Of a stretch of DNA of 64,000 nt, positions 35,383-44,675 are shown piece after piece; within the stretch, counting starts at the first letter, position 1, and every line of letters starts with the position of its first letter. Position numbers and translations under genes: made by a program. The stretch spans positions 2,036 through 66,035 of the forward strand of contig DATFYX010000034.1 of assembly GCA_035314825.1 (NCBI GenBank), read 5' to 3'. The notes under the pieces are model-generated. The model was not told the origin of the DNA and made no database searches. It saw only the letters and a list, made by a program, of their open reading frames with translations. The DNA is from Candidatus Eremiobacteraceae bacterium (GTDB lineage Bacteria; Vulcanimicrobiota; Vulcanimicrobiia; Eremiobacterales; Eremiobacteraceae).

Positions 35383-37887
35383 GTGCCGGCCGACGGCACG
35401 ATCACCTCGCCGCTCATCGCCCAGTATCTCGAGCTCAAGGCGCAGTATCCCGAGGCGCTGTTGCTTTCGCGCGTCGGCGATTTCTACGAGGCCTACGGCG
35501 ATGACGCGGAGGACTTGGCGGCATCGGTTCGCATCGTGCTCACCTCCAAAGAAGCGGGCAAGGGAAAACGCGTGGCGATGGCCGGCGTGCCGCACCACAA
35601 CCTCGATCATTACCTCGCGCGCCTCATCCGCCAACAGCGCGTGGTCGCCATCGCCGAGCAGATGGAGCCGCCTGCGCCGAACAGGCTTGTCCGCCGGGAG
35701 ATCATCCGCGTCATCACCCCGGGTACCGTGCTGGAAGACCATCTGCTCGCCTCCGAGCGCAACAACTATCTCGCAGCGGTCGCGACCGCTGCCGGCCACA
35801 CCGCCGTCGCCAGCGCAGACGTTTCGACCGGCGCGGCGACCGTCGCCGTCGCCGACGGCGACGACGATCTCGCGGCCGAGCTCGACCGCGCGACGCCTGC
35901 CGAGATCATCGTCGAGAGCGACGAGGACGCCGCGCGCGTGCGCGCGTTCGTCGGCGACGGCTGCCGCATCGCCGTTGATCCATCCGGCTCTGCATCGGAC
36001 TCGATCGCTGACGGGATAGAGCAAAAGGAAGCCCCAACGGAGACGCTCGCATCGTTCGCGCGCGACGAGCGCCCCGCGGCGCGCGCCGCCCTCGAGCTGC
36101 TGCGCTCCTACCTCGATCATGTGCGCCTCGACGGCGCCGCCGTCGTGGCGCGCGCGCGGGCGCGCCTTGCGCGCAGTTCGATGCTCATCGATCCTGCGAC
36201 GCGCAGGCACCTGGACCTGTTGAGCGGGGCAGGCGAGAATTCGCGCGCCTCGCTGCTGAACGTGCTCGCGCGGACCAAGACGCCGATGGGCAGCCGCATG
36301 CTGGCGCAATGGCTGTGCGCTCCGCTGCTCGACGTCGCGCGGATCGCTTGGCGGCACGAGCGCGTCGAAGCGCTGGTGGACGCGCCCTCGTGGCGCGAGT
36401 CGCTGCAAGAATGCCTGGCACGCATCGGCGACGTCGAGCGCATCGTGCAGAAGGTCCGCTCGCGCCGCGCCGGTCCGCGCGATCTTGGCGCGTTGCGCGC
36501 CTCGCTGCATGCCATCCGGGCGCTGCACGACGTCCTCGTCCAGGCCAAGGATGCGCAGCTGCAAGCGATGCACGCCGCGCTCGCGGGCGCCGGCGATGAG
36601 ATCGCCCGCCTGCTCGATGAGGCGCTCGTCGACGATCTTCCCGCGCTGATCGCGGATGGCGGCGCGCTGCGGCCGGAGTACCGCCCCGAGCTGCACGACC
36701 TCGTCGAGCTGCGCACCCGCAGCCGCGACCATCTGCTGGCGCTCGAAGAACGCACGCGCGCGCGCACCGCGATCAAGTCGCTCAAGATCAAGTACACGCA
36801 GGCGTTCGGCTACTACTACGAGGTCACGCGCGCCAACGCCGCCGCGGTGCCCGCGGATTTCGTGCGCCGTCAGACCCTGGTCAACGCGGAGCGTTTCACC
36901 GACGCCGACCTGCGCACGCTTGAAGCGGAGATCCTCTCCGCGCGCTCGCGCCAGATCGCGCTCGAAAAGGAGCTCTTCGAAGAGCTCTTGGCCGCCGTCG
37001 ACGTCGCGCGCGAAACGCTGCTCGCGACGGCCGAGACGGTGGCGCAGATCGACGTGCTGGCGTCGCTCGCGCAAGTGGCGGGCGAGCGCCGCTACGTGCG
37101 CCCGCAGATGCTCGCCGGCAGCGAGCTTGACGTCGAGTCAGCGCGCCATCCCATCGTCGAAGCATATGGCGGCGTCGACTTCGTGCCAAACGACGCGCGG
37201 CTTGACGCGCAGCGGCGCTTCTTGCTCATCACCGGGCCGAACATGGGCGGCAAGTCCACCTATCTGCGGCAGACCGCGCTGCTCGCGATCATGGCGCAGA
37301 TGGGATCGTTCGTGCCCGCCGCGTCCGCGCGCATGGGCATCATCGAGCGGCTCTTCACGCGCATCGGCGCCGGCGACGACATCGCCGCCGGGCGGTCGAC
37401 CTTCTACGTCGAGATGGCGGAGATGGCGCTCGTGCTGCGCGGCTGCACGCCTGCGAGCCTGCTGCTCATCGACGAAGTCGGGCGCGGCACTGGCACCACC
37501 GACGGTTTGGCGATCGCGCAGGCGGTCAGCGAGTATCTGCTCAGCCTCGACCGCGCGATGCCGATGGTGCTGTTCGCGACCCACTTCCACGAGCTGGTCC
37601 GCCTCTCGGGCCGCTTTCCCGCGGTCGAGAATATGCACGTCGCGGTGGCCGAGGAGCCGGGCGGCCCGGTCTTCTCGCATCGCCTGCTGCACGGGTCGAG
37701 CAGCCGTTCGTACGGCATCGCGGTGGCGAAAATGGCCGGTTTGCCGCCTGAAGTGGTGCAACGCGCCCGCGAAATTGCCGATGATATTGAACGGAGGCCC
37801 GGACCGGCACCGGCGCCGCTACGGCGGCGAGGCGACCCCGGGCAGCCCGACGCCCAGCTTGCGCTCGACGTCGATCCCGTCGAATAA
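35383..37887 (+). CDS. mutS: DNA mismatch repair protein MutS
   Basis: TSPLIAQYLELKAQYPEALLLSRVGDFYE, Walker A GPNMGGKSTYLRQ, and DEVGRGTGTTDG. GTG 35383 gives a typical N-terminus; the ORF-track start 35296 lies inside REP copy 4. The last codons and stop lie in REP copy 5a. Confidence 0.9.
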   Translation: MPADGTITSPLIAQYLELKAQYPEALLLSRVGDFYEAYGDDAEDLAASVRIVLTSKEAGKGKRVAMAGVPHHNLDHYLARLIRQQRVVAIAEQMEPPAPNRLVRREIIRVITPGTVLEDHLLASERNNYLAAVATAAGHTAVASADVSTGAATVAVADGDDDLAAELDRATPAEIIVESDEDAARVRAFVGDGCRIAVDPSGSASDSIADGIEQKEAPTETLASFARDERPAARAALELLRSYLDHVRLDGAAVVARARARLARSSMLIDPATRRHLDLLSGAGENSRASLLNVLARTKTPMGSRMLAQWLCAPLLDVARIAWRHERVEALVDAPSWRESLQECLARIGDVERIVQKVRSRRAGPRDLGALRASLHAIRALHDVLVQAKDAQLQAMHAALAGAGDEIARLLDEALVDDLPALIADGGALRPEYRPELHDLVELRTRSRDHLLALEERTRARTAIKSLKIKYTQAFGYYYEVTRANAAAVPADFVRRQTLVNAERFTDADLRTLEAEILSARSRQIALEKELFEELLAAVDVARETLLATAETVAQIDVLASLAQVAGERRYVRPQMLAGSELDVESARHPIVEAYGGVDFVPNDARLDAQRRFLLITGPNMGGKSTYLRQTALLAIMAQMGSFVPAASARMGIIERLFTRIGAGDDIAAGRSTFYVEMAEMALVLRGCTPASLLLIDEVGRGTGTTDGLAIAQAVSEYLLSLDRAMPMVLFATHFHELVRLSGRFPAVENMHVAVAEEPGGPVFSHRLLHGSSSRSYGIAVAKMAGLPPEVVQRAREIADDIERRPGPAPAPLRRRGDPGQPDAQLALDVDPVE

Positions 37888-37923
37888 ATTCGACGGTTCG
37901 GTCGAATGAATTCGACCGCTACA
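37877..37923 (-). repeat. REP-like doublet (copy 5a CCGTCGAAT-AA-ATTCGACGG, headless; copy 5b GGTCGAAT-GA-ATTCGACC-GCTACA)
   Basis: Two adjacent palindromes separated by TTC. Copy 5a has a compensated outer pair (C...G in place of G...C). Copy 5b has the GTAG-type head. Confidence 0.85.
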
Positions 37924-37961
37924 TTTGAGAGGTAGAGATTCTTCGAACCGTCTCGTTCCCG

Positions 37962-39485
37962 ATGATCGTGGCCGCAGCCCGGTGGCTGGCGGTCGCACAG
38001 GTGCTGCTCGCGCCGATCAGCGCGCCCGCGCCGCTGTGGCTGATCGCGGCCTTGTTCGGCTACGCGCTCGTCGCCACCGCGCTGGCCGCCATGCCGCGCC
38101 TTTCGAAGAAGCCGCAAGACAAGAAAGACGAACTGCCCGAGATCGCGTCGGCGCTCATCATCTTGCTCGACGTCACCGCCACTGCGGCCGTCGGCTGGTT
38201 CTCGGGCGTCAGCTCGCTCGCGCTCATCATCGGTCTTGACGCGGCGACCCTTTCCGACGTCGCGGCGATCTCGTTCATCCTGCTGTCGGCGGGCTGCCTG
38301 ACCTTCGCGATCTATTTCGGCCACCCGGTCGACGCGGCCGGCCGCCCGGCGGACATGCTGCTCATCATCGGCTACGCGGTCGTGCTGCCGCTGATCGCGT
38401 TCATCGCCGCTGCGCACGGACTGCTCGGCCGGCGGCGCGCAGAGCAGCAGACGCGCGCGATCATGCGCGTGCTCGACGCCGGATCGGACCTCGGCACGAA
38501 GGTCACCTTGAACGAGGCTTTGACGCAGCTCGTCATCATGCTGCGCGAATTCCGCGAGTCGGTGCCGTGGAGCAACGTCGTCATCTACATCACGCGCACG
38601 GATGAAGAAGCGCAAGACGAAGTGCTGGTGGAAGAAGCGGTCGAAGGCGCATACGCCGATTTCTACCGCGGCAGCAAGCTGCGCTTCGGCGAAGGCGTGG
38701 TCGGCTTTGCGGCCGCCGAGCAGCGCCCGCTCATCGTCGCCGATATCCAAAAAGACTATCGCGAGTCGTCGCTGCCGCGCCCCAAAGCCGCGCACGGCTG
38801 CCTGGTCGTGCCGATCGTCACCGACCGCGTCACCATCGGCGCGGTGATGCTGGTCGCCGCCAAACCGAGCGCGTTCACGTTCGAACAGCAGCGCCTTGTC
38901 GACAGACTCGTCCGCTTGGCGTCGGTCGGCATCCAAAACGCACGGCTGCACAGCAAGACGCTCGAGCTGGCCGAGACCGACTCGATGACGGGCTTGCTCA
39001 CCAACCGCGCATATCAAGAGCGCCTCGAGAATGAATTCCGCAAGGCGCAGCTGACCAAGCAATCGCTCGCGCTGCTGATCCTCGACGTCGATTTCTTCAA
39101 GCACGTCAACGACACGTATGGCCATCCGCAAGGCGACGAGCTGTTGCGCCAGCTCGGCGAAGTCATCCGGATGCACGCGCGCAAGATCGACATCTGCTGC
39201 CGTTACGGCGGCGACGAGTTCGTCGTGCTCATGCCCGAGACGATCAAGGCCGAAGCCGCGATGGTCGCGGGCCGGCTGCGCCAGGCGATCGAGATGAACG
39301 AATTCTCGCTCGAGACGACGACCGCCAAGATCACCGTGTCGATCGGCGTCGCCGGCTATCCGCAGGACGTTTCGACCAAGCAGCAATTGGTCAAATCCGC
39401 TGACTCCGCGTTGTACGCGGCAAAACAGTCCGGCCGCAACAACGTCAAACTCGCGACCCGCGAGACGCTCCCCGTCCGGATGTAA
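37962..39485 (+). CDS. Membrane-anchored GAF-GGDEF diguanylate cyclase
   Basis: About 150 aa of hydrophobic helices, a GAF-like middle section (GVVGFAAAEQRPLIVADI...), and a GGDEF domain with DVDFFKHVNDTYGHPQGD and an intact RYGGDEFVVL active site. Confidence 0.85.
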   Translation: MIVAAARWLAVAQVLLAPISAPAPLWLIAALFGYALVATALAAMPRLSKKPQDKKDELPEIASALIILLDVTATAAVGWFSGVSSLALIIGLDAATLSDVAAISFILLSAGCLTFAIYFGHPVDAAGRPADMLLIIGYAVVLPLIAFIAAAHGLLGRRRAEQQTRAIMRVLDAGSDLGTKVTLNEALTQLVIMLREFRESVPWSNVVIYITRTDEEAQDEVLVEEAVEGAYADFYRGSKLRFGEGVVGFAAAEQRPLIVADIQKDYRESSLPRPKAAHGCLVVPIVTDRVTIGAVMLVAAKPSAFTFEQQRLVDRLVRLASVGIQNARLHSKTLELAETDSMTGLLTNRAYQERLENEFRKAQLTKQSLALLILDVDFFKHVNDTYGHPQGDELLRQLGEVIRMHARKIDICCRYGGDEFVVLMPETIKAEAAMVAGRLRQAIEMNEFSLETTTAKITVSIGVAGYPQDVSTKQQLVKSADSALYAAKQSGRNNVKLATRETLPVRM

Positions 39486-39516
39486 TCACCGGCGCGCGGG
39501 CGAAGCGCTCGCGCAC

Positions 39517-41253
39517 ATGCCCGGATCCATCCGCCAGCTCGACCCAGCGACGATCGCTCAGATCGCCGCCGGCGAGGTGATCGAGCGCCCCGTCTCCGTG
39601 GTGAAAGAGCTCGTCGAGAACAGCCTCGACGCGGGCGCGTCTTCGGTCGTGGTCGAGGTGACGGACGGCGGGCGCACCTCGATCTCGGTGACCGACAACG
39701 GCTCCGGCATCGCTCGCGACGAGCTCGCCCTCGCGTTCGCGCGCCACGCCACCAGCAAACTGGCAAGCGCGCGCGACTTGTTCGCCATCAACACGCTCGG
39801 CTTTCGCGGCGAAGGTCTGGCGAGCATCGCCGCCGCCGGAGCGGTCGAGCTGACCTCGCGCCAGCCCGGCGCGGAGATGGGCGCGCGCATCGAGGCGCGC
39901 GGGGTCAGCGTAGGCGAGCCGTCGGTGTGCGCCGCGCCGCCCGGCACCAAAGTGGTGGTGCACGACCTGTTCGCCCTGACGCCCGTGCGGCGGGAATTCG
40001 TGAAAAGCCCGCGTGCCGAATTCGCGCGCATCAGCACGTTCCTCAGCCGCATCGCGCTGGGCTGGCCGGAGGTCGCGTTCGCGCTGCGCCACGACGGCAA
40101 AGACGTGTGGACGTTGCCATCGGTGCGCGACGGCGTCGCGCGGCTCGAGATGGTGTTCGGCTCGCACGCGCGCGGAGCGCTCGAGCCGCTCGCGGACGAC
40201 GGCGCGCCCGCGCGCATCGTCGTGAGCGGGTACATCAGCCGGTCCGGACACGACCGGCCCAATCGCGACGGGCAGGTGTTCTTCGTGAACGGCCGCCTCG
40301 TGCGCGCACCGCAACTGGGCGCGGCGTGGCTCGCGGGATCGGGCTCGTTCGGCATGACCGGACGCTACCCGTTCGGCATGCTCGCGCTCGAGCTGCCGCC
40401 CGAAGACGTCGACGTCAACGTCCATCCGACCAAGATCGAGGTCCGGTTCGCGCGCGGCAACGAAGCGTTCGACGCCGTGCGCACGGCGGTCGCTCGGACG
40501 CTTCGGCGCAGCGACCCGGTGCGCAGCGCGCCCGCGGTGGCCTTCGCGCCTACGTCACCCAGCGTGCAGGCGCAAGAAGCCGTGCACGCGTCGCACCTCT
40601 TCAGCGAGAGCGCGCTCACAGAAAGCGCGTTGAGAGAAAGCGCGTTCAAAGAACGCGCTGCGACAGCGGAGGAAGCGCCGGCATCGAACGGCGTGCGCGT
40701 CTACGGCCAGATCGACCAGACCTTCATCGTCGTGGGCGATGGCGACGGCCTGCTCTTCATGGATCAGCACGCCGCTCACGAACGCGTCGCCTACGAAGCC
40801 ATTCTCGCGCGCCAGGGGGACGACGAAGCCGCAGCGCCGTTGCTCTTCCCAAGCGTCGTCGAATTGACCGCGGGCCAAGCGGCGGTGCTGTACGAGAACA
40901 TCGACGCGCTGGCGCAGGCGGGCGTCGTGGTCGAGCCGTTCGGCGAAGGCGCGTTCCGGATCTGCGCCCTGCCGGCCGGTTACGAAAAGCGGCGCTTCGA
41001 TCTCGCGGGCATGCTCGAGGACTTGAGCGCCGACGATGCCGCGCGCGAAGGCGCCGCGCACCGCAATCGCGTGCTCGCCACCATCGCCTGCCATTCGGTC
41101 GTGCGGGCTCACGAACCGCTGTCGCTGCAGGAGCAGGCCGCGCTCTACGAGCGCCTGCGGCGCTGCGACGACCCACATACATGCCCACACGGCCGGCCGA
41201 CGATGCTGCGCATCGACGCAGCATCGCTTGCAAAGGCGTTCGGCCGGACCTGA
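39517..41253 (+). CDS. mutL: DNA mismatch repair protein MutL
   Basis: IAAGEVIERPVSVVKELVENSLDAGA, DNGSGI, GFRGEALASI-like motif, and a C-terminal dimerisation domain (QTFIVV...DQHAAHERV). Confidence 0.9.
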   Translation: MPGSIRQLDPATIAQIAAGEVIERPVSVVKELVENSLDAGASSVVVEVTDGGRTSISVTDNGSGIARDELALAFARHATSKLASARDLFAINTLGFRGEGLASIAAAGAVELTSRQPGAEMGARIEARGVSVGEPSVCAAPPGTKVVVHDLFALTPVRREFVKSPRAEFARISTFLSRIALGWPEVAFALRHDGKDVWTLPSVRDGVARLEMVFGSHARGALEPLADDGAPARIVVSGYISRSGHDRPNRDGQVFFVNGRLVRAPQLGAAWLAGSGSFGMTGRYPFGMLALELPPEDVDVNVHPTKIEVRFARGNEAFDAVRTAVARTLRRSDPVRSAPAVAFAPTSPSVQAQEAVHASHLFSESALTESALRESAFKERAATAEEAPASNGVRVYGQIDQTFIVVGDGDGLLFMDQHAAHERVAYEAILARQGDDEAAAPLLFPSVVELTAGQAAVLYENIDALAQAGVVVEPFGEGAFRICALPAGYEKRRFDLAGMLEDLSADDAAREGAAHRNRVLATIACHSVVRAHEPLSLQEQAALYERLRRCDDPHTCPHGRPTMLRIDAASLAKAFGRT

Positions 41254-42212
41254 TGCGCGCGGGCCGCGTGCGAGCGCTGGCGATATGCGGACCGACCGCA
41301 TCGGGGAAGTCCGAGTTCGCCGCTCGTCTTGCCGAGCTCGTGGGCGGCGAGGTCGTCAACGCCGACTCGCGCCAAGTGTACGCGGGCATGCGCACCGGCA
41401 CCGGCTGGCCGAGCGACGAGCAACTGGCGCGCGCGCCGCACCACGGCTATGGCACGGCCGCACCCGACGAGCGCTACAGCGCCGCGCGCTTCGTCGCAGA
41501 CGCACGAGCGATCATCGCACAGATCGCGGAGCGCGGCAAACTGCCGATCGTCGTCGGCGGCACCGGTCTGTACGTCGAGGCGCTCGCCGGCAGCATGCCC
41601 CTCGACCGGCCATTCGCGAACGACGAACTGCGCGAGCGGCTGCGCCGCGAGGCAGCCGTACATCCCGCGCCCGCCTTGCGCGACTGGCTCGAAGCGATCG
41701 CGCCGGCGGCCGCGGCGCGCATCGCGCCGGGCGATCGCTATCGCACCTTGCGCGCGCTCGAAGGCGCTCTCGCCGCGCGCGAGTCGCCGCAGCGCCGGCT
41801 CGACCGCAATGCGCCCTCCGAGTCGCCGCTCGCGAGCGGCCCGGACACCGCGGTTGCGCTGACGATCGCGGTCCTCGAGATGCCGCGCCGCGAGCTGGAG
41901 GCTCGCATCGCGGAGCGCGTGCGCGCGATGTTCGCGCACGGCCTCGTCGAAGAGGCGCTGGCCGTCCGCCGCGCGTACGGCGACGCGCCGGCGCTCAGCG
42001 GCATCGGCTACGCCGAGGCGCTGGCCTATGCGGACGGCGCCGCGACGCGCGCCGAAGCGCTCGCCGCCGCGATCGTGCGCACGCGCTCCTACGCGAAACG
42101 CCAGCAGACCTGGTTCCGCCGCATCGCCGACGCGCGCCGGCTCGACGCGCTCGACTCGCGCACCGCGTATGAGCTGGCGGAGCTGGCAAGGGGTTTGGCG
42201 GCGGCGGACTGA
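41253..42212 (+). CDS. miaA: tRNA dimethylallyltransferase MiaA
   Basis: ICGPTASGKSEFAARLA...VVNADSRQVYAGM...GGTGLYVEAL. ATG 41253 overlaps the mutL TGA (TGATG). The 761-aa ORF-track entry is real only from this point on. Confidence 0.9.
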   Translation: MRAGRVRALAICGPTASGKSEFAARLAELVGGEVVNADSRQVYAGMRTGTGWPSDEQLARAPHHGYGTAAPDERYSAARFVADARAIIAQIAERGKLPIVVGGTGLYVEALAGSMPLDRPFANDELRERLRREAAVHPAPALRDWLEAIAPAAAARIAPGDRYRTLRALEGALAARESPQRRLDRNAPSESPLASGPDTAVALTIAVLEMPRRELEARIAERVRAMFAHGLVEEALAVRRAYGDAPALSGIGYAEALAYADGAATRAEALAAAIVRTRSYAKRQQTWFRRIADARRLDALDSRTAYELAELARGLAAAD

Positions 42213-42223
42213 ACAAACGCACG

Positions 42224-42553
42224 GTGAAGACCAACGTGCCCCTGCAAGATGCATACTTGCTGGCAGTCAAGCGCGAGAACGCTCCGGTCACCATCTACCT
42301 GCGCAACGGCTTTCAGCTGCGCGGCCACGTGCGCGGCTTCGACAACTTCACGATCATCCTCGAGTACGATAACAAGCCGCACTTGGTGTACAAACACGCG
42401 GTGTCGACGGTCTCGCCGCAGGCGCCCGTGCAGTTCTCCGGCTCGGATCTTGCGGCGCATGCCATCGGCAATTCGAATGCGCAACGGCCGCAACCAGGCC
42501 CGGATGCTCCCGCGCACAACTCGGACGGCGCCGCGCATCCCATCAGCAGCTAA
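42224..42553 (+). CDS. hfq: RNA chaperone Hfq
   Basis: LQDAYLLAVKRENAPVTIYLRNGFQLRGHVRGFDNFTIILEYDNKPHLVYKHAVSTV (Sm1/Sm2 motifs), plus a ~40-aa C-terminal tail. Confidence 0.95.
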   Translation: MKTNVPLQDAYLLAVKRENAPVTIYLRNGFQLRGHVRGFDNFTIILEYDNKPHLVYKHAVSTVSPQAPVQFSGSDLAAHAIGNSNAQRPQPGPDAPAHNSDGAAHPISS

Positions 42554-42570
42554 GCACTAGCCGCTCGCTC

Positions 42571-43425
42571 ATGCCGATCATCGCCCTCACGAAGTGCCAG
42601 GGGACTGGCAATGATTTCCTCTTGTTCGACGCGCGCGAAAGCCGCTCGCCGCACTATCCCGAGCTCGCGCGCGCGCTGTGCGACCGGCGTTTCGGCCTCG
42701 GCGCCGACGGGCTGCTCGTGCTGCAACCGCCCACGGTGACGGGCGCGGACCTTTCCATGCGGATCTTCAACGCTGACGGCAGCGAAGCCGAGATGTGCGG
42801 CAACGGCATCCGCTGCGTGTGGCGTTACCTCGAGCGCGAGACCAGCGCCCACCGCGCGCTGGAGGTCCAAACCGCGACCGGCATCGTGCGCATCGAGCCG
42901 GACGCCGGCGGCACCATCCGCGTGGAGATGGGCGTGCCCAGATTGCACGAGCCGCTGGAGATCGGCATCGACGTCGCCGGCCGCACGCTGCGCTACGCGC
43001 CCGTCTCGATGGGCAATCCGCATGCCGTGATCTTCGTCGACGAGCCGCTTGCCGGCATCGCGCTGGACGATCTGGCGACCGCGATCGCCAGCCTCGATGC
43101 GATAGCGGGCGAGATCAACGTCGAGGTCGCGCTGATCGCCGGCGGGCGTATCCACATGCGCGTGTACGAACGAGGCGTCGGCGAGACGCACGCGTGCGGC
43201 ACCGGCGCCTGCGCCGTCGCCGCCGTCGCGATCGCTTCGCAGCGCGCGCGTTCGCCGGTCAGCGTGCGCAGCAAAGGCGGCGATGTCACCGTGGCTTGGG
43301 ATGGAGCCGGCTCGCCCGCCTACCTGTCGGGGCCGGCGGAGCTCGTCTTCGACACCACGGTCGAGGTCACCGATGACGGCCGCGTGCGCGCCATCGGACG
43401 AAAGAATCTGACAGCAAAGCGGTGA
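42571..43425 (+). CDS. dapF: Diaminopimelate epimerase
   Basis: KCQGTGNDFLLFD, NADGSEAEMCGNGIRC, MGNPHAV and GETHACGTGACA (both catalytic Cys motifs). Confidence 0.9.
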   Translation: MPIIALTKCQGTGNDFLLFDARESRSPHYPELARALCDRRFGLGADGLLVLQPPTVTGADLSMRIFNADGSEAEMCGNGIRCVWRYLERETSAHRALEVQTATGIVRIEPDAGGTIRVEMGVPRLHEPLEIGIDVAGRTLRYAPVSMGNPHAVIFVDEPLAGIALDDLATAIASLDAIAGEINVEVALIAGGRIHMRVYERGVGETHACGTGACAVAAVAIASQRARSPVSVRSKGGDVTVAWDGAGSPAYLSGPAELVFDTTVEVTDDGRVRAIGRKNLTAKR

Positions 43426-44675
43426 GTTCGCCGACCGCCGTGTTCGCGCGCGCAGACGGCAGCGTGCTCGATCTGCCCGGAGTGCAGGCGGCCGCGGACG
43501 ACGGGCGCGTGCAGCCCGCGGGCGCCGGCGACTTCATCCCGCTGCCCGAGGGCTCGCTGCTGCTGACGTTGCCTGCACGCAACGTGGTCGGCTATCGCGA
43601 CGGCCGGCCCGTCGAGTTCGATGCGTTCGAGGGCGAGAGCGTCTGCGCGGTGGCAGCGGCGCTGCCGCTCGGCTACACGCGCACGCTGCTTCCCGCCTAC
43701 GTGCCCCGCGCGCAAGCTCCGCCGCTGCCGCTCTACGGCTACGCGGCGGTCGCGTGGCACGGCGGCGCACTCCATGCGGGCGCGATGCGCACGGACCACC
43801 TGCAGAGCTGGTCGCCCGCAGCGCATGCGCGCGACAAGCTTGCCCGCGCGATCGCCGCGCGCCGCGAGGAGATGCCCGACAGCCCGTTGCTGCGCCAGCT
43901 CGAACGATGCGCGCTCGAATACGGCTGCTACACGGCGCAGAACGCCTTCCTGCGGCTCGGCGAAGCCGCCATTCCGGTGTCCCCGGCGTGCAACGCGCGC
44001 TGCATCGGCTGCATCTCCGAGCAAGAGCCAGACGCCGGGATCGCGAGCGCGCAAGAACGCGTGCGCGCATTGCCGGCGCTGCGCGATATGACGGAGCTCG
44101 CCGTCGCGCATCTCGACGCCGGCAGCGCGAGGATCGTCTCGTTCGGTCAAGGCTGCGAAGGCGAGCCGCTGCTGGCCGCGCCGCGCATCGCGGCGGCCAT
44201 ACGCAACATCCGCGCGCGCACCAAGGCGGGCACCATCCATATGAATACGAACGCGAGCCTGCCGCGCGCGCTCGAGACGCTCATCGACGCGGGCCTGCAA
44301 TCCGTGCGCATCAGCCTCAACGCCGCTCGCCCGAGCGCGTACGCCGCATATTATCGCCCGCGCGGCTACGGCTTCGACGAGGTGATCGAGAGCATCGAGC
44401 TGGCGAGCCGGCGCGGTCTCGGCCTTTCGCTGAACCTGCTCACCCACCCGGGCGTGACGGACGACCCGGACGAGATCGACGCGTTCGGCGCGCTGCTGCG
44501 CGCGCATCCGGTCGAGATGGTGCAGACGCGCACCCTCAACGTGGATCCAGCCGTCTACTTCGAAGCGCTGGGCCGGCCGACGCGCACGCCGATCGGCATG
44601 CGCGGATGGTTCGCATGGATGCGCGCGACGTTCCCGGCGGTGGGTCTGGGAAACTTCACGCGGGGCTTCGGCTAG
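43422..44675 (+). CDS. Radical SAM protein with an uncharacterised ~190-aa N-terminal domain
   Basis: CX3CX2C motif at PACNARCIGC, followed by a TIM-barrel-like region (VSFGQGCEGEPLL...HMNTNASL...RISLNA). GTG start overlaps the dapF TGA. Confidence 0.7.
   Translation: MSSPTAVFARADGSVLDLPGVQAAADDGRVQPAGAGDFIPLPEGSLLLTLPARNVVGYRDGRPVEFDAFEGESVCAVAAALPLGYTRTLLPAYVPRAQAPPLPLYGYAAVAWHGGALHAGAMRTDHLQSWSPAAHARDKLARAIAARREEMPDSPLLRQLERCALEYGCYTAQNAFLRLGEAAIPVSPACNARCIGCISEQEPDAGIASAQERVRALPALRDMTELAVAHLDAGSARIVSFGQGCEGEPLLAAPRIAAAIRNIRARTKAGTIHMNTNASLPRALETLIDAGLQSVRISLNAARPSAYAAYYRPRGYGFDEVIESIELASRRGLGLSLNLLTHPGVTDDPDEIDAFGALLRAHPVEMVQTRTLNVDPAVYFEALGRPTRTPIGMRGWFAWMRATFPAVGLGNFTRGFG

Noticed and set aside
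35293-37074. 593-aa minus-strand ORF antisense to mutS
   Set aside because: Arg-rich with no motifs, and it overlaps a strongly supported gene over its whole length.
37404-39386. 660-aa minus-strand ORF antisense to the mutS 3' end and the GGDEF gene
   Set aside because: The same high-GC antisense artefact. The plus strand encodes intact MutS and GAF-GGDEF motifs, and the ORF also runs through the REP doublet.
39927-42212. 761-aa plus-strand ORF as a single protein
   Set aside because: Its first ~440 residues are an Arg/Ala-rich alternative frame of mutL. Only the part from ATG 41253 on (MiaA, P-loop GPTASGKS) is real.
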